DNA of 64,000 nt from Candidatus Marinacidobacterales bacterium (GCA_965219415.1 CBDCNP010000002.1:1120001-1184000); one strand, 5' to 3'. Counted from the stretch's first letter, positions 49,785-59,512 are shown. The notes: a model not told the origin generated them from the letters alone. Numbers and translations are program-made.

Positions 49785-50819
49785 CTACACGACCTGCATT
49801 TTCATCCAGCCGGCGGTGTTGTGGAAATTGGCCACCACACTGCCCGGGGGAACCAGCGCATCACATGCGGCGCGGGTCGAATCATCCAGGGTCATTTCCT
49901 TCACCGGCAGGAGATCATCCATGTGTTTTTCGGTCCGGGGCCCGATGAGAGGTGCGGTAATCCCCGGCTGGTCCTTGCACCAAAGCACCGCGAGCTGAGC
50001 CGGCTTCAATCCAGCCTCTTTCGCGATGCGCGTGAACTCGATGCCCACTTCGATGCCTCGGTCGCTGACCCGATCGGCGTAGAATCCTCCCCGCAGTTTG
50101 GCCCGCGAGCCCTCCGGAAACTCTCCGGCCTTCTTGTATCGACCGGCGAGAACTCCCATCGCCATAGGTGCCCAGGTGATGATCCCCACTCCGTTTCTCT
50201 GGCACATGGGGACCAGCTCGTTCTCGATGCGTCGGTCCAACAGATTGTAGGGCGGCTGCTCGGAAACATAGCGTGGATAGCCTTTCAGCTCGGCCACCAT
50301 GATCGCCTCCTGAACCACCCACGCCGGGTGTGTCGAACAGCCGATATAACGCACCTTCCCCTGGCGCACCAGGTCATTCAAGGCGCTCAAGGTCTCGTCG
50401 AGAGGGATGTCGTCAGAGTAGCGATGGATCTGATAGAGATCGATGTAGTCGGTCTGTAGACGCTTCAGCGAATTTTCACACGCACGGATTACGTTCAGGC
50501 GCGTGTGGCCGTGGTCGTTGGGACCAAAGGTGCTCGGATCGTCCAGCGAGAACCCGGGCTGCCTTTTGCCGTGATCCACTTTCGTCGCGATGACCATATC
50601 GTGGCGGCGCCCGTTGGCCTTCAAGGCTCGTCCGATGATCTTTTCCCCTTCCCCATCCGCATAGACATCTCCCGTATCGAGGAGATTGAGGCCCTCGTCC
50701 ATCGCTCGGTTCAATATCCGTGTCGCCTCATCTTCCGGTGTCGGATCGGCGAAATTGTCGGTACCCAGGCAAATCGGCGATACGCGAACGCCGGTGCGAC
50801 CCAGAACGCGGTATTCCAT
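49785..50819 (-). CDS. Aldo/keto reductase (copy 2)
   Basis: Same motifs as 16489..17517, with long identical blocks. Confidence 0.92.
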   Translation of the reverse strand: MEYRVLGRTGVRVSPICLGTDNFADPTPEDEATRILNRAMDEGLNLLDTGDVYADGEGEKIIGRALKANGRRHDMVIATKVDHGKRQPGFSLDDPSTFGPNDHGHTRLNVIRACENSLKRLQTDYIDLYQIHRYSDDIPLDETLSALNDLVRQGKVRYIGCSTHPAWVVQEAIMVAELKGYPRYVSEQPPYNLLDRRIENELVPMCQRNGVGIITWAPMAMGVLAGRYKKAGEFPEGSRAKLRGGFYADRVSDRGIEVGIEFTRIAKEAGLKPAQLAVLWCKDQPGITAPLIGPRTEKHMDDLLPVKEMTLDDSTRAACDALVPPGSVVANFHNTAGWMKMQVV

Positions 50820-50864
50820 AAGAACTCCTTTTCAAATTGGACGCTGCGGTCCGAATACCCTCAA

Positions 50865-52151
50865 TTAGTTCCCCACGTAGCCGAAAAGGGTCGGCAGGAA
50901 CAGCGTAATAGCGGGAACATAGCTGATTAGCAGAAGCGTTGCCACAAGAATCACAAGAAACGGAATGAGCGGCCTGACGACCGACTCGATCGGCGTTCCA
51001 CTAATACCGCAAGACACATACAGACAGATCCCCACCGGTGGCGAGATCATTCCAATGCCGACGTTGGCCGCGATCAAAATCCCAAGGTGAATGGGCTCGA
51101 TCCCGAAGGCAACGCCGGCGGGAACGAGAATGGGCATCAAAACGATGATGGGCGGCAAGGCATCCATGATCATCCCCAGGACTAAGAACACCACATGGAC
51201 CATGAGAAGGAACACGATCCAGTTGAACGCATAGGTCGTGATCAGCTCTGCCAGAAGATGAGGGATTCGCTCGAAGGTCAAGACGAACGAGAAGAGGGCG
51301 GCCATGCCGAGCACGAGCAGAACCACACCCGTAAGCGAGCAGGTTTGCAATAGAACCTTCGGCAGATCGGTCAGCTTCAGATCTTTATAGACGAAGAAAG
51401 AAACGATGAAACCGTAGACGACGGCGACCGCAGAGGCCTCGGTGGGTGTGAAGATGCCGCCATAGATCCCACCCAGAATGATCACCACCATCAGTATTGG
51501 AAGAAAACCCTTCCCGCAGGTTCGGAGTTTTTCTCGCCACGGTACCTGAGGCTCGAGGGGGAGGTTGAGCTTGCGAGAAAAATGGTAAGCCAATCCCATG
51601 ATCGCGAGGCCGTTCACTGCGGCCGGGAGAAGACCCGCCGCGAAGAGGCCGCCGATCGATATGTTAGCCACCACCCCGATGATGATGAGGTCGATGGCCG
51701 GAGGAACCAGCGTCGACACGCCGCCCGCCGCGGCGAAGATCGCGGTTGCGAAAGGTGCTGGATACTGCTTTCGCCTCATCTCTGGTAGCGCCACCGATCC
51801 GATGGCGGCGGTGTTCGCGCTGGGCGACCCGGAGATTCCGGAAAACAGCATCGTGGAAAAGATGACCACCAGGCCCAGTCCGCCGCGGATCCTACCGACG
51901 AAAACGAGCGCCATATCCACGATGCGTTGGGCGAAACCGCCCTGCGACATTAGTGAGCCCGCCAGGACAAACAGCGGTATGGCGAGGAGCGGAAACGAAT
52001 CGAGGCCAGCAAGGAACTTCTGCGGCAGCACGATGAGAAATTCGGGTGAAACGTAGAGGAGTCCCGCTAGGGCCGACAAACCGAGCGCGAAACCTACGGG
52101 CACTGACAGAAGCAGCGTCACGACCAGGGTGATGGCAACGACCAGTCCCAT
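50865..52151 (-). CDS. dctM: TRAP transporter large permease
   Basis: LLAIPLFVLAG, GISGS, GIFTPTEAS, SPPVG. Confidence 0.93.
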   Translation of the reverse strand: MGLVVAITLVVTLLLSVPVGFALGLSALAGLLYVSPEFLIVLPQKFLAGLDSFPLLAIPLFVLAGSLMSQGGFAQRIVDMALVFVGRIRGGLGLVVIFSTMLFSGISGSPSANTAAIGSVALPEMRRKQYPAPFATAIFAAAGGVSTLVPPAIDLIIIGVVANISIGGLFAAGLLPAAVNGLAIMGLAYHFSRKLNLPLEPQVPWREKLRTCGKGFLPILMVVIILGGIYGGIFTPTEASAVAVVYGFIVSFFVYKDLKLTDLPKVLLQTCSLTGVVLLVLGMAALFSFVLTFERIPHLLAELITTYAFNWIVFLLMVHVVFLVLGMIMDALPPIIVLMPILVPAGVAFGIEPIHLGILIAANVGIGMISPPVGICLYVSCGISGTPIESVVRPLIPFLVILVATLLLISYVPAITLFLPTLFGYVGN

Positions 52152-52155
52152 AAGA

Positions 52156-52650
52156 TCAGCCTTCGGCGTCGAGCGCCCGATTCCGGCGCTCCGACCACCA
52201 GTTTCGAAGCACGTAGTAGAGCATCAAGACGCCACCGACGATCGCCGAGGAATACGGGATCGCCATGGACATCTGAGTGCCGGGCGCCGTCATATTCGTG
52301 ACGCTCAGAGTGTAGAGGACGGCCTGATAAGAGAAAAAGATTAGGAAGATCGAAACAGACAGCACCACCAGGTCGCTCACAACGGTCCGCGGTCTCGGCC
52401 CGAGACGGTTAACCACGAAACGTAAGGCGAAGTGAGATTTGGTCTTGAAGGCATAGGCGGAGCTGAGCGCGGCCAACCACAGGAAAAGGAAACGGGCCAG
52501 CTCCTCCGACCAGTCGAGAGAGGTGCGGAACACGTAGCGGAAAAGGACCTGCGAGAAGGTTACCGCCACGATCGCGACGAGCACCAGGCACAGGACCACT
52601 TCCAGAGGATTCTTCCTGATGACGGCCCAAATCGAATCGCCTCGTTCCAT
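52156..52650 (-). CDS. dctQ: TRAP transporter small permease
   Basis: QVLFRY, WSEELAR; 4 TM segments. Confidence 0.9.
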   Translation of the reverse strand: MERGDSIWAVIRKNPLEVVLCLVLVAIVAVTFSQVLFRYVFRTSLDWSEELARFLFLWLAALSSAYAFKTKSHFALRFVVNRLGPRPRTVVSDLVVLSVSIFLIFFSYQAVLYTLSVTNMTAPGTQMSMAIPYSSAIVGGVLMLYYVLRNWWSERRNRALDAEG

Positions 52651-52663
52651 GCGGCCGAGCTCC

Positions 52664-53662
52664 CTATTGATCGAGGACTTGTTGGATGACTTCCAAGCCA
52701 CCGACCTGGTCGGCGTTGTTGGCGTAGACGCTTTGGACCTTTTCTTGGAAAAGCTTCTTGTCGACTTCGTAGAATTGCAGTCCCTTCTCTTGCAGCTCTT
52801 CGAAGGCGGTCGCGGTCACCGTCTCCATCGCTTGCCGCTCGGCGACAATGGAAGCGTGACCGGCTTTGAGCACCGCGGTCTGAATGTCCGGTGGCAGCCG
52901 GTCGTACTGGGCGCGGCTGAAGAGCACCGCCACCGCGAGAAACAGGTGGTTGGTGTAGGAAACGTGCTCGGTCACTTCGTAGAACTTCTCGTACAGCAGA
53001 TCGATGTGATCGCTCTCCGCCCCATCGACCACTCCTTGCTGGAGGCCGGAGTAGAGCTCACCGAAGGACATCGGGGTAGCCTGCGCTCCCAGCGCGTTGA
53101 AGGTCTCGACCAGGACCGGGCTCGACATGACCCGAATCTTGAGCCCCGCGAAATCGTCCGGCACCAGGATGGGTCTCTTCGCATTCCAGACATTCCTGAC
53201 CCCGGAGAACCAGTACCCCAGCATGATGCAATTGAGGGCTTTTTCGGTGGCCAAGCCGACCCGCTGGCCGATGGGGCCGTCGACAACGCGGTAGAAATGC
53301 TCCAGATCGCGGAAGAGGAACGGAAAATTGAACAACTCCGCCTCGGGAACGAAGGGCGCCAGCCCCCCGCCGGCGCTGGCCGCCGTGGCCGCGATCGTGC
53401 CCACCTTCACCATTTGGCTGGTCTGCTCCTCGGTGCCCAGCTGCTCGGCGGGAAAGATCTGCACCTCGACGCGCCCGTTGGTCTCTGTCTCGAGAACCTC
53501 CTTGAACTTCTCGTATCCGACATTGTAGGGATGGAGGGCGCTCCCGTTGTGGGCAACTCGCAGAACGATCTTTTCACCGGCATCGGTATCGCCAGACTTA
53601 CCTTGGCAGTAGATTGCGGTAAACGCCAGAAGAACAACAAGTAGGACTTTCTCAAAACTCAT
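52664..53662 (-). CDS. dctP: TRAP substrate-binding protein
   Basis: FPAEQLG, GLKIRVM, FGELYSGLQQGVVDG. Confidence 0.92.
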   Translation of the reverse strand: MSFEKVLLVVLLAFTAIYCQGKSGDTDAGEKIVLRVAHNGSALHPYNVGYEKFKEVLETETNGRVEVQIFPAEQLGTEEQTSQMVKVGTIAATAASAGGGLAPFVPEAELFNFPFLFRDLEHFYRVVDGPIGQRVGLATEKALNCIMLGYWFSGVRNVWNAKRPILVPDDFAGLKIRVMSSPVLVETFNALGAQATPMSFGELYSGLQQGVVDGAESDHIDLLYEKFYEVTEHVSYTNHLFLAVAVLFSRAQYDRLPPDIQTAVLKAGHASIVAERQAMETVTATAFEELQEKGLQFYEVDKKLFQEKVQSVYANNADQVGGLEVIQQVLDQ

Positions 53663-53794
53663 AGAATCGCTCTCATCATCACTCGCTGGGCTCGATGGCG
53701 AGCGTATGCGGAGACGCATTCTATCCCGACCGCTGTAGGATTGTGCTAGTCTTCTCCCGCGAACCGACTATCTTTCGAACCCCCAGGAGGCAAG

Positions 53795-54550
53795 ATGTCC
53801 AACGCGAGCGAAGAAAAAGTCATCCTGATTACTGGTTCTTCTAGTGGCCTAGGAGCCGCGCTCATCGAGAACTTCGCCAAAAAAGGCTACGGAGTCGTCA
53901 TCAACTACATCATCGAAGACCAGGCGCAAGCGTTCTACGACAAAATGGCCAAGGAAATCGATGAATCGAAGCTGATGAAGTACAAGGCCAACGTGGCTGA
54001 CCGCGGACAAGTAAAGGCTATGTTCGACGCGGTCATCGAAAAGTTCGGCCGAATCGACATTCTCGTCAATACGGCTGGCATCAACCGCGACGCACCGTTT
54101 CTAGAGTTGACGGACGCCAACTGGGACGCCGTGCTCAACGCCCACCTGAAAGGCCACTTCGTCTGTGGCCAAGAGTACGCGTTTCATAACACCGATCGGG
54201 AAGGGACGATCATCAACGTGGGGGCGGCGTGCGGGTTCGCAGGCAGAAAAGACGGGGCGAACTTCTGTAGCGCCAAGGGTGGCATCCTCGCCTTGACCAA
54301 GTGCATGGCGCGGGAGCTGGCTCCCCGGATTCGAGTGAATGCTCTCGTCCCGGGATCGGTCAAGACGCGAGAAGTCATCGAACGTTACAACCTGGAGACG
54401 AAGGAGGGCCTCGAGAAAGAACTGGCTACCCTGCCGATAGGCCGTTTGGGCGAGTTCGAGGACATTATCAAGATGGTGGAGTGCATGATCGATGCCGAGT
54501 ACACAACCGGGTCTACCTTCTTCGCCAACGGCGGGCAATTCATGCACTAG
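53795..54550 (+). CDS. Short-chain dehydrogenase/reductase with atypical catalytic motif
   Basis: TGSSSGLG, NTAG, IRVN..PG; FCSAK in place of YxxxK. Confidence 0.88.
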   Translation: MSNASEEKVILITGSSSGLGAALIENFAKKGYGVVINYIIEDQAQAFYDKMAKEIDESKLMKYKANVADRGQVKAMFDAVIEKFGRIDILVNTAGINRDAPFLELTDANWDAVLNAHLKGHFVCGQEYAFHNTDREGTIINVGAACGFAGRKDGANFCSAKGGILALTKCMARELAPRIRVNALVPGSVKTREVIERYNLETKEGLEKELATLPIGRLGEFEDIIKMVECMIDAEYTTGSTFFANGGQFMH

Positions 54551-54556
54551 CAGGCT

Positions 54557-54585
54557 GTACCAACGAAGTTGGTACCACCTTTTTT
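54557..54585 (+). terminator. Putative intrinsic terminator after the SDR gene
   Basis: GTACCAAC-GAA-GTTGGTAC hairpin followed by CACCTTTTTT. Confidence 0.5.
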
Positions 54586-54703
54586 ACCTCTCCCCCGACC
54601 GCGGGGGAGAGGTCGTCCGCCGCAGGCGGGCGGGTGAGGGGGCATTTGAAGACGGCTTCTCTCCGTTACTCCCTCTCCCTCAGGGAGAGGGCCGGGGTGA
54701 GGG
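54586..54703 (+). repeat. Two BoxC/REP-like palindromic repeats (CCTCTCCC..GGGAGAGG..GGGTGAGGG)
   Basis: ACCTCTCCCCCG-ACCG-CGGGGGAGAGGT...GGGTGAGGGG (54586-54642) and CCCTCTCCCTCAGGGAGAGGGCCGGGGTGAGGG (54671-54703). Confidence 0.8.
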
Positions 54704-54769
54704 TGGTCGTGGATAGCGGCGATGAAGTCCAGTATCGATTTCATTGTTACAGTCCACTAGGAGGTTGAC

Positions 54770-56173
54770 ATGAAAGAGCTAAGAATCGCGGCATTCGCGA
54801 TGGCGGCGGCACTAATCCTTCTTCCAGGAAGCAGTCGAGGGCAAGGCGGCGCGACCAAGACCGTCTTGACCAACGCCAACGTCATCGACGGTAACGGTGG
54901 GCCGGTCATGGAGAATATGACGGTTACTCTATCCGGCAGAGAGATCGAGTCCATTCGCAGCGGGGCTTACCGTTCTTCAGGAGGCAGCGGGGGCGACGTG
55001 CGGGTCGTCGATCTGGACGGCGCGTACATTCTGCCGGGCTTTTGGAACATGCACACCCATTTGACCGCTCTCCTTCCCTACAACCACGCCATGGACGACG
55101 AGACGGTTCCATCTAAGACCATACGGGCCGGTTTGAACGCCATGGACGGTCTCCGCCACGGATTCACCGCCTTACGTTCGGTCGGCGAAGAAGACTATAT
55201 CGACGTGGCTTGGCAAGAAGCGTTCGATCACGGCTTCTTCTTCGGGCCCCGTATTTTCGCCAGCGGAATGTCCGTATCTCCCACCGCCGGCCATCGCGGC
55301 GGCGTGCGCGACGGGGCGGACGGTGTGGCAGAGATCAGGAAGGCGGTACGCTCGCGTATCACGAACGGCGTCAGCGTGATCAAGATCGTCAACGTGGAGA
55401 TGCTTCCCGACGAGCTCGAAGCCGTCGTCGAAACCGCACACAGCTTCGGCATCCATGTGACCGCCCACTCCAGAGAACCGAAAGTCTACGAGGCCGTTGC
55501 CGCCGGCGTGGACTGTGTCGAGCACGGATACGGATTGACAGACGAGACGATTGCCCTGATGGTCGAAAAAGGGACCTTCTACGACCCGACGATCATCTGT
55601 AATTTGGACGACCGTTACATCAAGGAGCGGGAGGAGCGGCTGGCCAAGCTAGGTTACTCCGAGGATGAGCAGGCTGTGAGAGTGCGCACTGCCGTCGCCT
55701 ATGCCGATGAACGATCCCCCGAACATGCCCAGTATCAGAGACAAGCGCTCAAGAAAGCCGCAGACGCGGGTGTGAAACTCCTAATTGGCTCCGATTCCAT
55801 GCCCATTGGCGAGATAGGCGTCCTGGAAATGGAGCAGTTCGTCCTATCCGGTGTGAGCGAGATGGACACCATTATCGCAGCGACCCGGAACGGTGCGGAC
55901 ATGTTGGGACTTCTGGACAGACTGGGGACCGTCGAGGAAGGCAAACTGGCGGATCTCGTCGTCGTTGCCGATAATCCCCTAGACAACATCTCCAATATCC
56001 GGAAGGTGAAGATGGTCTTCAAGGACGGGATTTCGGTGGATCTAGAGCAGCCTTTGGGCTCGACGCCTTATTGGGACTACTTCGAGATGACCGGATTCGA
56101 CAAAGGATATTTGGGAGCGGCCGAAAAAGACGCCGGTTTCAACAGAGGCAAAACAGAGCCCGAAACGCAATAG
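54770..56173 (+). CDS. Secreted amidohydrolase
   Basis: Signal peptide; PGFWNMHTH, IK, AH, EHG, GSD, GKLADLVVV. Confidence 0.9.
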   Translation: MKELRIAAFAMAAALILLPGSSRGQGGATKTVLTNANVIDGNGGPVMENMTVTLSGREIESIRSGAYRSSGGSGGDVRVVDLDGAYILPGFWNMHTHLTALLPYNHAMDDETVPSKTIRAGLNAMDGLRHGFTALRSVGEEDYIDVAWQEAFDHGFFFGPRIFASGMSVSPTAGHRGGVRDGADGVAEIRKAVRSRITNGVSVIKIVNVEMLPDELEAVVETAHSFGIHVTAHSREPKVYEAVAAGVDCVEHGYGLTDETIALMVEKGTFYDPTIICNLDDRYIKEREERLAKLGYSEDEQAVRVRTAVAYADERSPEHAQYQRQALKKAADAGVKLLIGSDSMPIGEIGVLEMEQFVLSGVSEMDTIIAATRNGADMLGLLDRLGTVEEGKLADLVVVADNPLDNISNIRKVKMVFKDGISVDLEQPLGSTPYWDYFEMTGFDKGYLGAAEKDAGFNRGKTEPETQ

Positions 56174-56262
56174 CGGGTCGACCGCTGCCGCCGACGGCTA
56201 CTGGTACACTCCCCATCTCGGAACGGAAACAGAGGAAAACCGACTCATGCCCTCGGGTAAAG

Positions 56263-57798
56263 TCATGCTGTACTAATATGTTCCGCCAATCTAACGGCCA
56301 GCGCTGATACCGTTAACGTCGGGTTCGCTGCTGCAATACTGGGGAAAACAGCGTTCGAACATACATAGAGATTATCCGTGCCGTGAACCTGTAGATTGGG
56401 ATTGACGACACCGTCTACATCGGAACTGCTCATGCGGCAGGTTGACGATGCATGGGCTCCGTCAGGATCTCGAACGTCGCCTTCGATACTGTCTTCTTTG
56501 CACCCTGCGGTTTTTAGTATCTCAACAAGCGTCTGCACGTGTTCCTGTCGAGTTTTTATATTGATTTCGTGAACGTCAACCTCTATTTTTGTAGTGGGAA
56601 GGCCATGTCTCGTTGTACCGCTTCCCAAGCTCACTCGATTCTCCGGGCTTTCAAATTGCTCCATCTCACCGCCCAATGAGATTCTCACCTCAGAAATCAT
56701 TCTTGCATCCATATCAGCCCGCGACACATTTGAAAGGATTTGCCTTTCCAGAGAAGAGTTTGAGCCGACACCCCCAGAAAACCACATTTTGCCTTTGTGC
56801 TGATATTCCGGTGAATCAAAATGTCGGCTGATCAGAGAGGAAAAGCCGAGTTCCTCATGGAGTTTGTCCGAGTTTCCTGGCCGAACACCCGAGGCGTCCA
56901 TCACTGGATGGCCGATCAAATGCCGGCCGACATGCCCTGAGTCGTTGCCAATACCGTCGGTCCAGTCCTTGTTGGCAGAGGAAAGCAGAAGTTTCGCGGA
57001 TTCGATTGTGCCACTGCAAACGATAACTACATCGGCTTCCATTGAGTCAGGAGTACCCGTCTTAAGGTTTAGAAAGCTGACGCCTCGGGTACGCTTTTTC
57101 CCATCCATTAATATTTTTGTGACTGGCGATTCTGTTTTCAGGGTCAGCTTGTCGTCATATTCGTCTTGCAGTTGTGCCAAATCGTAGAGAGCCGTATATC
57201 GGGCATTCACAGGGCAATAATTGCAGGTTCCTGTCGTAATACAGCGATTGCCGTCCCTGGCTATCGACATATGCCCGTAGGATATGTCATGGCTTTTGAG
57301 GGCCTCGATGATCAGCACGTCACCCAAGGTAAAAGCGGTTGGTGGGAATGGGTATTTCGCACCATACCGTGGTGGATCATCATTCTCTGAATCACCCGTA
57401 ATGCCCAGTAGAATCTCGGCCTTCGCATAATAGGGCGCCATATCGTCATAATTGATTGGCCAGTCGACCCCGAAACCAGTGCGGGACTTTAGTTCAAAGT
57501 CTTCAGGCTTAAAGCGTGGCGTCAGACCGCCCCAGTGATTGGTCGTGCCGCCTTTCACAAAAAGCCTTGAGCCACGTAGTCCGAAGTGTTCGTTCTCGGT
57601 TCTCGGATCATCCACGAACTCTCTGTAGAGATAGTCGTTGTCGGCCATTACTTGATCAAGCCATATTCGATAATCGCCAGGCTTGAAGTCGGGACCTGCC
57701 TCAAAAACAGTGATCTGATAGTCGTTCTCAGTTTTGAGTAACTGCCTTGCCAATGTCGCACCGGCCACGCCGGAGCCAACGATGATGATGGACTTCAT
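56263..57798 (-). CDS. GMC-family flavoprotein oxidoreductase
   Basis: IVGSGVAG, GGTTNHWGG, C..GTC..CP, H...TCRM, NPTLT. Confidence 0.9.
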   Translation of the reverse strand: MKSIIIVGSGVAGATLARQLLKTENDYQITVFEAGPDFKPGDYRIWLDQVMADNDYLYREFVDDPRTENEHFGLRGSRLFVKGGTTNHWGGLTPRFKPEDFELKSRTGFGVDWPINYDDMAPYYAKAEILLGITGDSENDDPPRYGAKYPFPPTAFTLGDVLIIEALKSHDISYGHMSIARDGNRCITTGTCNYCPVNARYTALYDLAQLQDEYDDKLTLKTESPVTKILMDGKKRTRGVSFLNLKTGTPDSMEADVVIVCSGTIESAKLLLSSANKDWTDGIGNDSGHVGRHLIGHPVMDASGVRPGNSDKLHEELGFSSLISRHFDSPEYQHKGKMWFSGGVGSNSSLERQILSNVSRADMDARMISEVRISLGGEMEQFESPENRVSLGSGTTRHGLPTTKIEVDVHEINIKTRQEHVQTLVEILKTAGCKEDSIEGDVRDPDGAHASSTCRMSSSDVDGVVNPNLQVHGTDNLYVCSNAVFPSIAAANPTLTVSALAVRLAEHISTA

Positions 57799-57799
57799 G

Positions 57800-57901
57800 C
57801 TAGACGGCTCCTCTCCTGTAACTGTCGGGGGCCGTGAACGAACCACCAAAATAGCCGCTGTAGTTCCATAGCCCGAAACTCCTTATCGGAGTAGCCTTTT
57901 T
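57800..57901 (-). pseudogene. C-terminal remnant of the gene upstream of the GMC gene, cut by IS256
   Basis: Open frame KATPIRSFGLWNYSGYFGGSFTAPDSYRRGAV* runs from the IS end and stops 1 nt before the GMC ATG. Confidence 0.5.
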
Positions 57902-59270
57902 CGGATGTGTCCCGAGGTCCGTGGAAAAAGAACGGCGCCCTCCACTCCGTCATCAGAGTATCGTATCAGGCGGCAACCTCCGCGTGTTCGAGAACCTCGC
58001 TCAGACGTTGGTAGCCGTCGATGCGTCGTAGTTGAATCTGGCCAGAGGCGATAAGCCCAAACAGCAAAGCGACCGCAGACTCCTCGCTGGAGAACGACGC
58101 TTGGGTTTTCGTCCGGCGTCGAAACTCGCGGTTGAGATTCTCCAGAGCTTTGGTCGTTCGAATCGATTTCCACATGGCACGAGGGAATCCGTAGAAGGTC
58201 AGCAGCTGATTACCGGCCTCCTCTAGGCTTCGGACGACGGCCGGCGCGAGAGGCGTCCACTTGGCGACGAGCTCGTCATAGGCTTTGCGAGCATCGAACC
58301 CGTTCTTGGCGTAGACGATCCGGTTGTAGTCACGCCGGAGCTCACGGCGTGCGTGCGCCGGGCAATGTTGGAGCAAGTTGGCGCGCTTGTGCTCGGTACA
58401 TCGCTGCAACCGGCACCCCGGCCACTTCTCCAGCGCTTTCGTCAGCCCCTTGTGGCCGTCGCTGATCACTAGCTTGGGAGCCCGGAGTCCTCGAGCCTGG
58501 AGTCCCTCCAGCACGGAGCCCCAATGCGTCGAGGCTTCGCTCACCGCCAGACGCAATGACAACAGACGTTTGTGCCCGTCTGGCGCGACCCCGAGCGCGA
58601 CCCGTACGGGTACGCTGATCACACGTTTCGCCATCCGCACTTTCAGGTGGAAGCCGTCCAGGTAAACGATCGCGTAGACCTCCTCGCTGAGAGCACGGTT
58701 CTGCCATTCCTCGAAGCGCTCCTTCAGCCGGCTAACCACGCGAGACACCGCGCTCTTCGATAGGTGCTCCTCACCGAGCAGTGGTTTCAGCGCTTTGCGG
58801 ACCCGGCGGCTATTCGCGCCCGACAAGTACGTCCCCAAGAGCGCCTCGTCGACCTCACGAGTCCGGCGCGCGTACCGGGGCAACAGCTCGCTCCTGAACT
58901 CTGTCGTTTCTCCCGTTTCCTCGTCTCGCACGCGGGCTCGTGGCACCCGGAGCTCGCGAGTTCCCACCGACGTCGTCACGCGACGGGTTTCGGCTCCGTT
59001 GCGATATCCACGGCGGTCTTCCGCACGCTCGTAGCTACAACACCTCAGCGCTTGGTCGACTTCTTCCTCAAGCACAACCTCGATCGCCTCCAGTACCCGC
59101 TTACGCAGCCGAAGTTGGACGAACTCCCGGTACTCGCTTACAGACTCCTTCGATATGGTGGTAGGCTTCTTCATGGCGTAATCCTCCTCCTCGCCTTTCC
59201 AGGCGCGGTTTCGTTTTGCTTAACCGGAGGTTACGCCATTCTTATTTCCACGGGAAGCGGGACGGATCCC
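57902..59270 (-). mobile_element. IS256-family insertion sequence
   Basis: Imperfect ~36-bp terminal inverted repeats: GGATGTGTCCCGAGGTCCGTGGAAAAAGAACGGCG (57903-57937) vs reverse complement GGATCCGTCCCGCTTCCCGTGGAAATAAGAATGGCG (59269-59234). No target-site duplication. Confidence 0.9.
57966..59174 (-). CDS. IS256 (Mutator-type) transposase
   Basis: GYRNG, VPRAR, YLDG, ISDG, QRCxxH, TTxxLENLNREFRRRT. Confidence 0.93.
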   Translation of the reverse strand: MKKPTTISKESVSEYREFVQLRLRKRVLEAIEVVLEEEVDQALRCCSYERAEDRRGYRNGAETRRVTTSVGTRELRVPRARVRDEETGETTEFRSELLPRYARRTREVDEALLGTYLSGANSRRVRKALKPLLGEEHLSKSAVSRVVSRLKERFEEWQNRALSEEVYAIVYLDGFHLKVRMAKRVISVPVRVALGVAPDGHKRLLSLRLAVSEASTHWGSVLEGLQARGLRAPKLVISDGHKGLTKALEKWPGCRLQRCTEHKRANLLQHCPAHARRELRRDYNRIVYAKNGFDARKAYDELVAKWTPLAPAVVRSLEEAGNQLLTFYGFPRAMWKSIRTTKALENLNREFRRRTKTQASFSSEESAVALLFGLIASGQIQLRRIDGYQRLSEVLEHAEVAA

Positions 59271-59501
59271 ATGTTTCCGCAACCATGTGGGTTGGTTTGC
59301 CATTGGGTGCCATGACCTTCGTGTACCGGTCGAAGTACTTGAACACTTCATCAACGTGTTCCGGTATGGGCACAATCTATTCTCCGACTGCGAAGTATCA
59401 ATATCAGGAAGCACCGGGTTGCTTAGGGCTATCTTCAGAACAAGGCCCACGACCACTAGTGCGATTACCAGTAATATCCGTAGTACTACCTTCTTGATCA
59501 C
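59271..59501 (-). pseudogene. N-terminal fragment of a paralog of 18871..20088, truncated by IS256
   Basis: LPDIDTSQSEN / IVPIPEHVDEVFKYFDRYTKVMAPNGKPTH (frameshift ~59380) matches LPEIDTSTSPNGIVPLPDDVPEVFKGHFVKYTKVIAPNGKPIH. Confidence 0.8.
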
Positions 59502-59512
59502 GATGTCCCTAA

